Source of the DNA: a virus
Reading direction: 5' to 3' (one strand)
IMG/VR virus record: IMGVR_UViG_3300002835_000013
Length of the DNA stretch: 64,000 nucleotides
Within the stretch, counting starts at the first letter, position 1; every line of letters starts with the position of its first letter. Position numbers and translations under genes: made by a program. Below the pieces are notes generated by a model that saw only the letters and a list, made by a program, of their open reading frames with translations, did no database searches and was not told the DNA's origin. Positions 9,000 through 19,377 of this stretch are shown piece by piece.

Positions 9000-9279
9000 A
9001 TGGGGCGAAGGTTTTATTGTGACCGTCGATTGATAATGTGACTGCTCCAACGTAGCCACATTCTTTTGTTCCTGGAATGGAAAACTCACCGCTACCATGC
9101 CAGTGAAATGTAGGAGCGTTACACTCACCGCCGTTAATAGAAACCAACGAAACATCCATCACCTTCTTTGCTTTACAGTGGATGATATGGCTATCGCTAG
9201 CCTTCTTATCGCATGATATATCATCCGCTGCCATTGCTGTTCCACTCAATAATGATAATAATACTACAATCCGTTTCAT
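8995..9279 (-). CDS. Small secreted Cys-containing protein
   Basis: Signal peptide MKRIVVLLSLLSGTAMA; four Cys. Confidence 0.65.
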   Translation of the reverse strand: MKRIVVLLSLLSGTAMAADDISCDKKASDSHIIHCKAKKVMDVSLVSINGGECNAPTFHWHGSGEFSIPGTKECGYVGAVTLSIDGHNKTFAPL

Positions 9280-9282
9280 TTG

Positions 9283-10689
9283 TCAAGTCCTATTGTTGAT
9301 GTATTCTAAAAGTTTTCCATGATCGGGCTTGATACTGACGGACATATCTCCTAGATTTGGTATGTGGATGATATCTGCCAACTCAACTCTTTTCATGTAA
9401 AAGCTGCTAATGTCGTTCCCGATATCACAATCAGACAACATGGATTCATCTTCTGTTACAATATATAACAGATTACTAATCTCGTCAACCACTATCTCAA
9501 ATCGACTTCTGGAATACTTTCTTTCCAAAAGTTCTATCAAGTCAAAAGAGTTGATATCAATGTCATTGATGCGTGGCAGTTTGTTTTTTCGGACAAAGTA
9601 AAAATCCTCTGTGACATAATCTCCAGTCTCTATCACTCTACCATCTGGCATCTTTACCGTTAGCATATTGTCTGGAGTCGTTATCTTATAAAAATCATTA
9701 CACGGTTTACCTAACGATCTTGGATCAAACTTTTCTGTGTTCTTGTCAATGTATGGAAGAAACAGTGGACCGCCAGTTTCACTACAACCAAAAACACTAA
9801 CAATCTTTTTGATACTACCACTTTTGACAGCATTCAGCCATTTTGGATTTATGAATGATAGAATCATCATAGTGACAGCGGAAGCATCTATTTCACCAGA
9901 CTCTAATGTAGAAAGTAACGAGTCTGTTGCTAAACCGTTTGGTGATAGTATTTTAGTTATGCCTTTTCTCTCACAAAACTTCATAACATTGTAGTAATAG
10001 CCTTTGTCCGCATCGGTGACGACACTAGCAAACAAATAATGCTCTTTACAAACAAGCATTGAGGGTAAGAAGAATATACAGATAGAGGATCCATGATTGA
10101 AGGACTCTAGATGAATCGCCGAATCATCCTGATTGAATCCGAGTTGCTCCCAGTTCATAGAACATAGGTCATAAAGAAAAGAATGTGTTTGACTTATTAG
10201 TTTAGGTTTGCCCGTAGTGCCGCTACTGGTACACAAAAGCAAATCACTATCTGGTGTGGCATATACACCAACATCATTGTCAGAGAAAGCAACATAGTTA
10301 GGTTCTAGTCTAATACTCTTCCATGAATGACGAATGAAGAAATCGACCGCAAAGTTGTATTCGGGCGCATCTGGTAATCCGTATATGAACATATCCAAAG
10401 GCAAATGCGCCAGACATTTAGCACTGACGCAATCCTTTTCATTCATAGGTCTGGTTAGTATTACCATCTTTAGACCTAACTCAAATGCGGCAAATGTTAT
10501 AGCCAGATATGATAACTCATAAGATGGAATGGCTATCCCTATCTTTTGACCTGGTGTTATCCGTTCTTTGAGAAGTCTTTCTTTCCAGTGATTGATAGAT
10601 AAGGCAAGTTGTTCAAATGTGTATGTTTCATTTGCTGTATGAAATACACTATCTGGTCTAATCCATTTACGAGTAATAATCTTACTCAC
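9283..10689 (-). CDS. AMP-binding (ANL superfamily) adenylating enzyme
   Basis: TSSGTTGKPK P-loop, FGCSETGG, TGD motifs; GTG start with RBS. Confidence 0.8.
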   Translation of the reverse strand: MSKIITRKWIRPDSVFHTANETYTFEQLALSINHWKERLLKERITPGQKIGIAIPSYELSYLAITFAAFELGLKMVILTRPMNEKDCVSAKCLAHLPLDMFIYGLPDAPEYNFAVDFFIRHSWKSIRLEPNYVAFSDNDVGVYATPDSDLLLCTSSGTTGKPKLISQTHSFLYDLCSMNWEQLGFNQDDSAIHLESFNHGSSICIFFLPSMLVCKEHYLFASVVTDADKGYYYNVMKFCERKGITKILSPNGLATDSLLSTLESGEIDASAVTMMILSFINPKWLNAVKSGSIKKIVSVFGCSETGGPLFLPYIDKNTEKFDPRSLGKPCNDFYKITTPDNMLTVKMPDGRVIETGDYVTEDFYFVRKNKLPRINDIDINSFDLIELLERKYSRSRFEIVVDEISNLLYIVTEDESMLSDCDIGNDISSFYMKRVELADIIHIPNLGDMSVSIKPDHGKLLEYINNRT

Positions 10690-10750
10690 CTATCACTCCA
10701 CAGCGTTTTCGTAATCGTCTAAATCTGGTCCGTGTATACCACCGGGTCCA

Positions 10751-10870
10751 TCACTGGCACGGTCTATTAGAACTGTCCCATACAACGCACTTACCGACGG
10801 TCGCCAAAACGCAACCAGACAAACCCAAACTAAGAAACACCAATGCTACCGCTAGATATACTTTTCTCAT
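10751..10870 (-). CDS. Small lipoprotein (39 aa), not in ORF track
   Basis: MRKVYLAVALVFLSLGLSGC lipobox; GAGG RBS. Confidence 0.6.
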   Translation of the reverse strand: MRKVYLAVALVFLSLGLSGCVLATVGKCVVWDSSNRPCQ

Positions 10871-11019
10871 TTGTATTCCCTCATTTCTTTCTTTGCTTCC
10901 CTATATCTTTCTCTTTCCTTGAAGTTTTGTAAAACGCAACATTTACAGGAAAGAAGTTTATATTTTTTACCTTTTAGATCGAACTGACCAGCTACGTTTC
11001 TAATATGTAGAGATTTCAT
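10867..11019 (-). CDS. Hypothetical 50-aa protein
   Basis: MKSLHIRNVAGQ...REYK*; overlaps both neighbours by 4 nt. Confidence 0.5.
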   Translation of the reverse strand: MKSLHIRNVAGQFDLKGKKYKLLSCKCCVLQNFKERERYREAKKEMREYK

Positions 11020-11696
11020 AGTCCTGTATCCTCTCTAAACTTTTTTATCTTATACGCCAGTTCTGGCAAGTAATCTTTACGGTCTTTCACAAACACCTGC
11101 GGTTCTTCGTGGTCAACCGATATCAATACCACAATCTGCTTACACTTGATGCCTGTCATTTCCTCATACATCAAAGAATAACAGGTACATTGCTCAAAGT
11201 AACTTAGAATCCAATCTTCTCTCTTAGGTCTCAAGGAAGTTTTGAAATCAACAATAGAAGGAACACCATCAAACTCGGCAATACAGTCTACTTGACCAGC
11301 GAGACCAAGAGTTTCAGAGTATAGCATAGTTTCTAGATAGTGAACATTATCAAGTCTATTGAGTATAGGAACAAACTGATTGAAGGCATGCCGCATATCA
11401 GGCATTACATCTTCGTTGAGGAACCCTTCCTGATTGTTGATATAAGATTCCATAAGAGAATGAAATTTTGTACCTCTTCGGCTTGCTCGTCCTGATATTT
11501 TGTTCGCTTCTTCTTCGCCAACTTTCTTCCTCCACTTTTGGATGGAGTCTCCTTTGAAGTGAGAGAGAAAGGTGGTAACCGATGGAAGAGGCCTGCCCGA
11601 AGGAGATATATAATATCGTTTTCCATTTTGTTCTTCTCTTTTCAGATTCACCAACACTGGGTCATTGTTTATATGTGTAAAAGTTTTCATTAGCAA
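11016..11696 (-). CDS. PD-(D/E)XK (Cas4-like) exonuclease
   Basis: PSVTT, RGT.FH, AGQVDCIA, IVDFKTS, Q...Y motifs. Confidence 0.88.
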   Translation of the reverse strand: MLMKTFTHINNDPVLVNLKREEQNGKRYYISPSGRPLPSVTTFLSHFKGDSIQKWRKKVGEEEANKISGRASRRGTKFHSLMESYINNQEGFLNEDVMPDMRHAFNQFVPILNRLDNVHYLETMLYSETLGLAGQVDCIAEFDGVPSIVDFKTSLRPKREDWILSYFEQCTCYSLMYEEMTGIKCKQIVVLISVDHEEPQVFVKDRKDYLPELAYKIKKFREDTGL

Positions 11697-11762
11697 CCAA
11701 CATCAAAATGTTCCTCATTTAATTTATACATTATATACTCCAAATATATAGTTGTCAACCTT

Positions 11763-12335
11763 TTAACTTATTGTTTGATAAGCACCGGAGATATCAAACT
11801 CACTTGTGTTTGATGTTGCTCCAACTGGTGTGGTATTTTTCCAGGCCAAATCTGTGGTACTACCTGAATAGTAGAGTTTCATGACTGTATTACTTATGTC
11901 TATATCTGTGATACCGGCGATGTGATATTTGGCGTCGCCATTTGCTTGATGTAATGTACCGGCTCTAGCCGTTATTGTTGCGATAGAAGGCGCTGGCAAA
12001 ACAACCTGATACTGCCCACCAACATTGAAAGATGCGGCATTACAATTAGCAAAATCTATATTAATTCTAAAGTGTGTAATAAGACCTTGCTTTACATAAG
12101 ACCCTGTAGCAACTACACCAGGAACGTTGGCACCATTTGCTGTAAATTGAGGATCAAAAGTTTGATTGATAGAAAGTATACTAAAAGGAATACCACCAGG
12201 AGTCTCTCCATCCGAAAGTCGGAGAGGTGTCTGACCATCTGTATCATAGAATATTTCACCGGGTCTTCCGATGTATTCGGTGGCCTGTGTTCCGCCCATA
12301 TGGTCGGCAAACATTTTGAAAGTGACATTTGACAT
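11763..12335 (-). CDS. Probable virion structural/fibre-associated protein
   Basis: G..GEIFYD...LRLSDG.TPGG motif; beta-rich; late promoter upstream. Confidence 0.55.
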   Translation of the reverse strand: MSNVTFKMFADHMGGTQATEYIGRPGEIFYDTDGQTPLRLSDGETPGGIPFSILSINQTFDPQFTANGANVPGVVATGSYVKQGLITHFRINIDFANCNAASFNVGGQYQVVLPAPSIATITARAGTLHQANGDAKYHIAGITDIDISNTVMKLYYSGSTTDLAWKNTTPVGATSNTSEFDISGAYQTIS

Positions 12336-12364
12336 TGTAGAAACTCCTGGTTGTAATTTACTTC

Positions 12365-12372
12365 TATTTATA
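12365..12372 (-). promoter_or_regulatory. T4-type late promoter
   Basis: TATAAATA upstream of the 12335 ORF. Confidence 0.7.
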
Positions 12373-12386
12373 TAACATGTAAACTA

Positions 12387-13130
12387 TCATAGTCCCATTT
12401 CAGTTTTCTGAATGATGTATTCTTTGACGACACCGGAGCGAACGATGTCCTCAATACCAAATTCGACATGCTCAAATGATGACATACGGCGAGTAATAGC
12501 CATCAGTTCTTTGATGCCAGTTCTATCATGTGGTTTATGTAGATCGGTCTGGCGATAGTCACCACAAAAGATAATCTTAGAGTTATTACCAATACGTGTC
12601 ATAACTGTATCGACCTCTTGGAAGGTCATGTTGTTACACTCGTCAACAATGATAATGGAATCATTGAATGTAGTGCCACGAAGAAATGATGTAGTGGTAA
12701 ACTCTACCATTCTCTTTAGTTTCAATATACGCCATCCATCTCCACGACCAAATAAATCGTCACAAATTTCTTGGTAGGGTTGTTCGTAAACTTCCGCTTT
12801 TTGTTTATCGGTTCCTGGTAGAAAGCCCATGTCTCTGGTTGGAACTACGGAGCGGATGATAACGACCCTCTTATATATGTCGTCTGATAACACCTCCTTT
12901 AGTGCTAGATATGATGATAGAAAGGTTTTACCGGTACCGGCATAGCCATGCAGCATAAGATTGGAGCCATTCGAATATGCGTCCCACACTCTCTGTTGGT
13001 TTACTGTTAGTGGTTTAATGTGACGCAATTGAAAGTGGTTATGCTCCTCAAAGTTTTGCTGATTTTGCTGCTTGCTATTTCTTCTATTCTTACGTGACAT
13101 ATATTTTACCTTGTTGTTATTGTTAGTCAC
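12387..13130 (-). CDS. phoH: PhoH-family ATPase
   Basis: GYAGTGKT, GFLPG, LRG.TF, DECNN, TRIG, GD..Q.D, DIVRSG. Confidence 0.95.
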   Translation of the reverse strand: MTNNNNKVKYMSRKNRRNSKQQNQQNFEEHNHFQLRHIKPLTVNQQRVWDAYSNGSNLMLHGYAGTGKTFLSSYLALKEVLSDDIYKRVVIIRSVVPTRDMGFLPGTDKQKAEVYEQPYQEICDDLFGRGDGWRILKLKRMVEFTTTSFLRGTTFNDSIIIVDECNNMTFQEVDTVMTRIGNNSKIIFCGDYRQTDLHKPHDRTGIKELMAITRRMSSFEHVEFGIEDIVRSGVVKEYIIQKTEMGL

Positions 13131-13142
13131 ATTATCATAAAC

Positions 13143-13178
13143 AAAAGAGGTCGATGCCTTGTTACGGGCACGACCTCT
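13143..13178 (-). terminator. Probable intrinsic terminator
   Basis: AGAGGTCG(A)TGCC...GGCACGACCTCT hairpin followed by a T-run on the minus strand. Confidence 0.55.
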
Positions 13179-13209
13179 AAACTTTTTTGAAGGTATTTCT
13201 TCTGACAGG

Positions 13210-13473
13210 TTAAATCTCCTTGGGAATATCCCAACGCTTACTCGCTACGGCATCAGCTTGAGGCACCGAGTTTTTGATTCTGCCTAAAACGTATTTTTGG
13301 AAGTCGGAGGGAGGTTTAGTGACACCGATAGTTACAGGATCGGCAAAGTTCACAGCAAGAATGACCTGTTCCCAATCTGGCTTATCGTCTAGATATGTGT
13401 CATGTTCTGCCATCGTCATCTGGACGGTGACTTCTTCGTTGGTATTCTTATTGCGAAATGTGTAATATGGCAT
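13210..13473 (-). CDS. FmdB-like small protein conserved in T4-like phages
   Basis: MP.Y.F.N..T.E start, F...L..IK segment; typical position upstream of phoH. Confidence 0.6.
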   Translation of the reverse strand: MPYYTFRNKNTNEEVTVQMTMAEHDTYLDDKPDWEQVILAVNFADPVTIGVTKPPSDFQKYVLGRIKNSVPQADAVASKRWDIPKEI

Positions 13474-13501
13474 AGTCCCTCACAGTATTCTGTATTTAGT
13501 A

Positions 13502-14059
13502 TTATTCAGTCGCCACAAATGTGAAACGATAAGGAATCGAACTCAAAGTTAGTGGCGCTGGCTTATGTAAAATGTGGTTTTCAAATATGATGACTCTTCC
13601 TGGTCTAAACTCCGTAGCAATCTCTACCTCACCATACTTGTTACAAAACATAGTTTCGCCACCCCAATCCTTGTTCCAGGTTGTGTTGATGTAGTATAGT
13701 AAGGACTTCTTGCCTTTATGAGAGTTGTCGGGATGATAACTATATTCGGAAAGATGTGTTGATAAGACCATCCAGAAGTTTTTTGGATTTAGATTGATTT
13801 CATACTCGCTGGAGAAAACTTTCCAGTTCATAGACTCAAAAAAGCCAAAGTTATAGACATCCTCTTCGGTGAATGAAGACCGAAGAAAGAAGTCCTTTCG
13901 GGATTCATAAATGCCTAGAGATGTGCCTTTGGTATGAAAGAGAGAGTGACCAGCATAGTGGTGCATTCTATAATGTTCATCAACATCAAAGATACCATCG
14001 TAAATGTCAATGATATCTTCTGTTGTTGTCATCAATCTTTTGTGAACTACACGGCTCAT
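13502..14059 (-). CDS. 2OG-Fe(II) oxygenase
   Basis: HPD, LLYY.N..W...WGGET.F, PGR...F....H...R motifs. Confidence 0.85.
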   Translation of the reverse strand: MSRVVHKRLMTTTEDIIDIYDGIFDVDEHYRMHHYAGHSLFHTKGTSLGIYESRKDFFLRSSFTEEDVYNFGFFESMNWKVFSSEYEINLNPKNFWMVLSTHLSEYSYHPDNSHKGKKSLLYYINTTWNKDWGGETMFCNKYGEVEIATEFRPGRVIIFENHILHKPAPLTLSSIPYRFTFVATE

Positions 14060-14060
14060 G

Positions 14061-14612
14061 CTATAGTGTTACCTCATTTATCCACGCTGGCGCTTCACGA
14101 TTCTTCCACTTGTGAAGATGTGCCTTACCATGCTTGTAATAGTTCCGATAGTTGACCACTGGGTCTTCGGATATGATGTATTTAGTATCCATACAACTTG
14201 GCGGAGTAGTCGGGCCAATACGCTTGATGTTTTTTGGATGATCGGATAGTTTACCCAAAAGATTGGTTCGCTGAATCTTATGAATCTTGTTATAACGATG
14301 GGTATATTCTATACAATACTCGGCCATAAGATCCCACAACCACTCATAGTTGCTAGAAGACTCACGGGCCCACACAGCACAAGGATGATTGATATGGGTG
14401 GCAGAATAAAATTCTGTATCACGCCAGTCATCGAGTCGCCAACGCTTTACATTGCGACCAGTCTTTGTCTTATCGGTATACTCTACACCATCAAGTACCC
14501 GATGTGCGGTAGATAGAAGTTGGGCACTTTCAAGGATCATCTTGACGCAATGAGAGTCAACAGCCCACTCGGCACATAATTTGGGGTCAGAGTGTAGATA
14601 AAATATATTCAT
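14061..14612 (-). CDS. Pyrimidine dimer glycosylase / DenV-like family protein
   Basis: MNIFYL...HCVKMILESAQLLSTAH, H.NHPC..W, YR.YY. Confidence 0.75.
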   Translation of the reverse strand: MNIFYLHSDPKLCAEWAVDSHCVKMILESAQLLSTAHRVLDGVEYTDKTKTGRNVKRWRLDDWRDTEFYSATHINHPCAVWARESSSNYEWLWDLMAEYCIEYTHRYNKIHKIQRTNLLGKLSDHPKNIKRIGPTTPPSCMDTKYIISEDPVVNYRNYYKHGKAHLHKWKNREAPAWINEVTL

Positions 14613-14892
14613 TTGCTTCGTCCTCAGTATAAAATGCTTTTAGCAACACCCAACCACCAGCAGAACCGAAGTCTCTCTTATAGACACCCCAGGCGTGGTT
14701 GTTTATCTTTTCGACTTTGTATAGTGGATCATGCGTCATCAAACATATCCCAAAAACCTGTTTCCCACCAACCTTCTTCCCACATATCAGCAAGAACCTC
14801 CGAAACACCATAATAAGGACAGTCAATACACAACACATCATCAACGTATGCCTTTACGCCTTCGTTATAGGCGATTTGTTTCATTTCATCGG

Positions 14893-15147
14893 TCATAATT
14901 GACATCCTTTTAGGTCTGCGAGCAATCCTCTTAGCACGATACGAGTAAAAGCATCTTCGTTTTCATCCAATAGATTTTGAAGGTTCATGGCATAATATGC
15001 AGCATTATCACCACGAATAAACAAACCAGGCCAATCGTCGCCAAACTGTGTTGGTCCTGTTTCGACTCTCTTATCAAGTTTTACATCAATTTTTCGTATT
15101 ATCATTAGGTAACTCCGGTATTTCCATCCAATGTGTAGGCGCATCAC
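14893..15147 (-). CDS. Hypothetical protein
   Basis: RVETGP.QFGDDWPG.FIRGDNA segment; start uncertain. Confidence 0.55.
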   Translation of the reverse strand: MMRLHIGWKYRSYLMIIRKIDVKLDKRVETGPTQFGDDWPGLFIRGDNAAYYAMNLQNLLDENEDAFTRIVLRGLLADLKGCQL

Positions 15148-15313
15148 CCTCTACTTGTGCGTATTGTGATCGTTCATTCGTGCCAGAATAATACCATTCT
15201 TTCTGTTGAGAATACCAACGACCAAATCGTATCCATTTCTTTTCTTTATGACAGAGAAGATAATGATTGAACGGATGATCGTATGGATATGTTTCAATCG
15301 GTTGCCATGTCAT
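15086..15313 (-). CDS. DUF551-like small phage protein
   Basis: MTWQPIET...PTHWM.IPE.P. Confidence 0.7.
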   Translation of the reverse strand: MTWQPIETYPYDHPFNHYLLCHKEKKWIRFGRWYSQQKEWYYSGTNERSQYAQVEGDAPTHWMEIPELPNDNTKN

Positions 15314-16431
15314 AGATCACGCTTACCTTTCCAGAAAGCAACGATAACAGGAAAACGAAGTTTGCCGTCTTCCGTTTTGTTCTGATACCTCACGGTAACG
15401 TCCGTGCCGATATAATCATTAGCATTATACAGCAAGTCCTTGAGCATGTCAAATGAGCCACGCACTCCCGAAAACTGTGTCGTTCCATCTTTCAAACGGA
15501 TTTCCACACGCTTGGCAGCACCTGCCCAGTTACCTTTTCCTTCTTCGATAGAGACAATCTGGAACTCGTCGTCCTCAAACTCTTTATGCTTGATAAGGTT
15601 CTTAGAACGCTTGCCTTCATAAAGAGAGTCAGGAACACGGAGCATTTGGCCTTCGTAACCACTTTCGAGATAATGACCAAGCATTGTTTCAATTTCATTT
15701 TCGTTTTTAATCTCGAATGTCCTGACCAAATTTATACAACTCTGAAAATATATTTTAAGGTTCGGAAAGAGAAAGTCGTAACGTTCTTCGAATGTGCCAT
15801 CCATTATACAGTCATATACCCAATACTGTATCATCTGCTTAGACTCTTCCAAATCAGCAGCAGTTGGCTTTGTCTTACGAGCCAGTGAAATGATCTTTTC
15901 AAAATCATTCTTGAGGTCATGATTATACAACTCACCATCAAGAACCACATCAGGATATTTCTGAAAGAATGGTTCTAATGCCTCACGAATATGCGGAGCA
16001 GAGATGATAGACTTGCCATTGCGAGACTGCATACCATCTTTTGAAACGAGACAGCGAACACCATCAAGTTTCGGCTGTGAACAATACGGAAACTTGTTAT
16101 GCTTCTTGGCATCATACTTGTCGGCCAGCATACACTCATAGAACAAATCATCCTTCGACTTAGCAGCAGTAACGCTAGTATAATACTTGCCTTGAAACTG
16201 CTTCTTTACATAATGAGCATTTACTTCATTAGCAACCTGCATAGCAACGTCGGTCGCATTGGCACGACCAACATTCTTTTCAGTAGGATACTGCCAACCC
16301 GAAACTACAATCTTGCCACCATCGATACCAGAATGTGTCCGATACTTCTCGCTGTCATGTTCGATCCACCAAACACGGGTCTTACCTTTAGTGTCAATCT
16401 TGTATAGTTTCGGAAGGCTAATCATTACCAA
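15310..16431 (-). CDS. gp30: ATP-dependent DNA ligase
   Basis: KLDGVR, LDGELY, YD, EGQMLR, KRS..L.K.K, RFP motifs. Confidence 0.95.
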   Translation of the reverse strand: MVMISLPKLYKIDTKGKTRVWWIEHDSEKYRTHSGIDGGKIVVSGWQYPTEKNVGRANATDVAMQVANEVNAHYVKKQFQGKYYTSVTAAKSKDDLFYECMLADKYDAKKHNKFPYCSQPKLDGVRCLVSKDGMQSRNGKSIISAPHIREALEPFFQKYPDVVLDGELYNHDLKNDFEKIISLARKTKPTAADLEESKQMIQYWVYDCIMDGTFEERYDFLFPNLKIYFQSCINLVRTFEIKNENEIETMLGHYLESGYEGQMLRVPDSLYEGKRSKNLIKHKEFEDDEFQIVSIEEGKGNWAGAAKRVEIRLKDGTTQFSGVRGSFDMLKDLLYNANDYIGTDVTVRYQNKTEDGKLRFPVIVAFWKGKRDL

Positions 16432-16558
16432 AATCTCCTCACAAACAACGGCCCAAATCTGTAACTTCTATATGGGTTCCCACTGTTGAACCTTTCCACG
16501 ATATGAAACGCCCAGTGTTTAGGATTCCATATCCAGTGGATTTCAATCTTGTATAGTT

Positions 16559-16927
16559 TTAGAAGAGGATCGACCATTTGCCCCATTTCTCCTTACCAAC
16601 AGGCTTACCAAAGTCTACTTCTTTGTGAAGTCTACTTTTTTGTGCCGAGTCAAAGATAAACTCTAACTTCTTTTCTCTCGGCCATTCTCTTAGATATTCA
16701 TTTTCACGGTCGAACAGTTCGATATATTCATCTTCGGTAACAACATGGTGCGAAAAGACTTCTTCTGAAATATGATTTTGCGTGACCTCTGTTAGAGAAC
16801 TATCAGGTAGATCGACATTCCATACAACATCATCAATGGCATTTTGATTTGGTTCATCATCAGGCAGTCGCACAGCATATACATGCCGAAATGTTGAAAC
16901 GGTTTCTACTAGGACAATCTTGCTCAT
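16559..16927 (-). CDS. Hypothetical protein
   Basis: ORF with RBS in operon. Confidence 0.6.
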   Translation of the reverse strand: MSKIVLVETVSTFRHVYAVRLPDDEPNQNAIDDVVWNVDLPDSSLTEVTQNHISEEVFSHHVVTEDEYIELFDRENEYLREWPREKKLEFIFDSAQKSRLHKEVDFGKPVGKEKWGKWSILF

Positions 16928-17274
16928 TTACTTTCTCCGAATTGGTTGATGGTCGTGGGCCCGCTGCAACAAAGAGTGATAAGAACCATAAACAAAACAA
17001 GGACCCCATCCAAGGTTCTTTCGTCTTTTTATTACCATACTACGCCAATATCTTCTCGGCGGCACTCGACCAGCCGTTCTAGCCATCTTTTTCATTATTT
17101 AACTCCACATACCAGTGACGGCAATAGAAATGGTCACCGCAGGCATCTATCTCATGCTGCGGATAACCATTCTCTAATAGCCATTTGATCGTGTCTGTAA
17201 CATCCTCTGGAAGAACTTTTGGAAAACCGTAAAGCCAACCAGAAGGTGGATCAATCATCTTAACCTTTGACATT

Positions 17275-17472
17275 TCATTCACCCTGATTAAAGTTGAGGT
17301 TGACATTGTTATTGCGGAGATTGTTATTGACCACATTATACTTGAAGCAAGCCTGGCTATTAGAGCTTCCGCTATTGATACAGTCTTGCATTAGAATGCC
17401 GTTATAAATAGCGGCAATAAGCGTAACGCCCATCAAAATCTTTACAAGAATGGAGAGTGTATCATGGCGCAT
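17275..17472 (-). CDS. Small membrane protein
   Basis: One hydrophobic helix. Confidence 0.5.
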   Translation of the reverse strand: MRHDTLSILVKILMGVTLIAAIYNGILMQDCINSGSSNSQACFKYNVVNNNLRNNNVNLNFNQGE

Positions 17473-17851
17473 TTTTCAGACCTTTCTTGACTTCGTTTAT
17501 ATGAGAACACCACTTGCGATATCCGAAAGCCGTGCAATTACAAGAGAAACGTCCGAACGGACCGCTTGTAACCACATACTTTCTCTTTTCGCCATCGACC
17601 AGATATACACCGTCAGGACGATTTGATTTGTCAATCTTGATATCCGTTATATTGTTCTTATTGACGATGCGGACTGGGGCATCAATATCACCAGTCGTCA
17701 ACATAAACTCGTCTTTGGATAGCCATGACGGACGTGGCAGATAACGACCAACATATGTGTTAGAGTCTGGCTCATAACAAGCATGGGAACATTTATGCTT
17801 GTGAACATTTCTAACAGTAATCTTGATACGTTTACCTACCAAGTCCATCAC
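17462..17851 (-). CDS. SWIM zinc-finger protein
   Basis: CNCTAFGYRKWCSH. Confidence 0.7.
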   Translation of the reverse strand: MMDLVGKRIKITVRNVHKHKCSHACYEPDSNTYVGRYLPRPSWLSKDEFMLTTGDIDAPVRIVNKNNITDIKIDKSNRPDGVYLVDGEKRKYVVTSGPFGRFSCNCTAFGYRKWCSHINEVKKGLKNAP

Positions 17852-17862
17852 GGCACTCCGAG

Positions 17863-19347
17863 TTAAGCAGCCTTAGGCTTATTATACCACATATCTTTGT
17901 AATCTTCAAGGTTCATTGTGCCCATTCGAGTGTTATGTTCCGCACGAACCATCCGAATGTTGCTACGATCATTGGAACCACCTTCATCAAGTGGAACAAT
18001 GTGTGCAGCATGAGCATCTTTGAACTTGAGCGGCTTACCATCAATATAGCATTTGTTATCCTGACTCTGTAGAATTTGCTCACGCAATTCCTTGGTAAGG
18101 GTTTTGCGTGATTGTTTCACAACAAGAATACCATCTTCAATAAGGGTATCACAGTCCATAAAGCGATTTTCGATCCACTTGATATTATCAAGCCAACGAT
18201 TTACGCTACCCTTACCGTGATTGTCTTTGAACATGGCAAAGCGATTGCGCTTTTCTTTGCTGTTATCATAACCATTGAGTAGCTGCAACGCATAGGCATC
18301 AAAAGTGTCTTTATGAAAGCGGATCCAGGCAAGACGGAACTGATCATAGTATCTATCCATGTCAGTAATCTTGAACGAGTCATAACGAGACTGATAAGTG
18401 AACCATAACCGAATAAGCATGATGCATTCATCTTCGGTCATTTTCGCCTTAATGTCTGCTAACTTGTTTTCTGCCATTGCAAAAAGAAAATCAAGAACCT
18501 CTGTGACTTTCTTTCGCATAATGTCAGCCTGAGCCTGTGTTATGTTAGTATCATAATACATCTTTTCAATGTCAGGATCATCCACATTGCATGGCTTGGA
18601 ACCATTATACACGATAGTAGCGATGCGAGCAACCAGACGATCATAAGTCAGACGATTAGGAGTGAACGTCAACCATTCACCAATCGTATCACCCTGGGTA
18701 CCTTGCTTAACATCGAAAAGATCGTGACAGAAAGTCTTGGTCTTACGATCGGTACGAGCCAACTGACGAATAAGATTGGCAACAGGAACATCGCCAACGC
18801 CATTTACCTGCTCTTGATGATTAAGAGCCGTAAAGTTATTCGAGGTAGCCCACAGCATCGCTTTCTGTGTCGGCGACAGATTACGATAGATCACGATACG
18901 AACCTTGAAATTAAGGAACATATCACGTTCTTGGTCGGTCAAATCCGAATATTGCTTGTAACCGATCATCTTAGTTTCATAAGGATTGGTACAAAACTCT
19001 CCACGAAAGAATGCTCGGATCGCACGTTTGCGATGACCACCATCGATGGACTCATACTTTTCACGATACTTTAAACGCTCTTCTGGAGTGCGCTCATTGA
19101 TCTTGATTTCACCAATGTCTGTGCCTTTAAAGATAGAAGACACGATACCCTGCCGTTTCGTGGCAGTCTTCTTCTTATCAGACTCAAACTTATCGTTGGT
19201 CGTATCAATTCGCTGATGGACAGGAAGGACATCAATGTCCGCCATTAGATCGATAAGTTCTCGAATGGTGATGATTTTCATCTCCCATTCCATAAGATTT
19301 CTATCATAAAGCGAACTCATGCGGGAGATTTGCGAAGACGTAGACAT
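17863..19347 (-). CDS. DUF262 (ParB/Srx-like) plus C-terminal HNH nuclease, GmrSD-like architecture
   Basis: P.HQR, IDGGHR, N.....N..E motifs; C-terminal CYIDG...AHIVP...GG.N...N...HN. Confidence 0.75.
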   Translation of the reverse strand: MSTSSQISRMSSLYDRNLMEWEMKIITIRELIDLMADIDVLPVHQRIDTTNDKFESDKKKTATKRQGIVSSIFKGTDIGEIKINERTPEERLKYREKYESIDGGHRKRAIRAFFRGEFCTNPYETKMIGYKQYSDLTDQERDMFLNFKVRIVIYRNLSPTQKAMLWATSNNFTALNHQEQVNGVGDVPVANLIRQLARTDRKTKTFCHDLFDVKQGTQGDTIGEWLTFTPNRLTYDRLVARIATIVYNGSKPCNVDDPDIEKMYYDTNITQAQADIMRKKVTEVLDFLFAMAENKLADIKAKMTEDECIMLIRLWFTYQSRYDSFKITDMDRYYDQFRLAWIRFHKDTFDAYALQLLNGYDNSKEKRNRFAMFKDNHGKGSVNRWLDNIKWIENRFMDCDTLIEDGILVVKQSRKTLTKELREQILQSQDNKCYIDGKPLKFKDAHAAHIVPLDEGGSNDRSNIRMVRAEHNTRMGTMNLEDYKDMWYNKPKAA

Positions 19348-19377
19348 TATATATTATCCTTTCACATTCAATTTATA

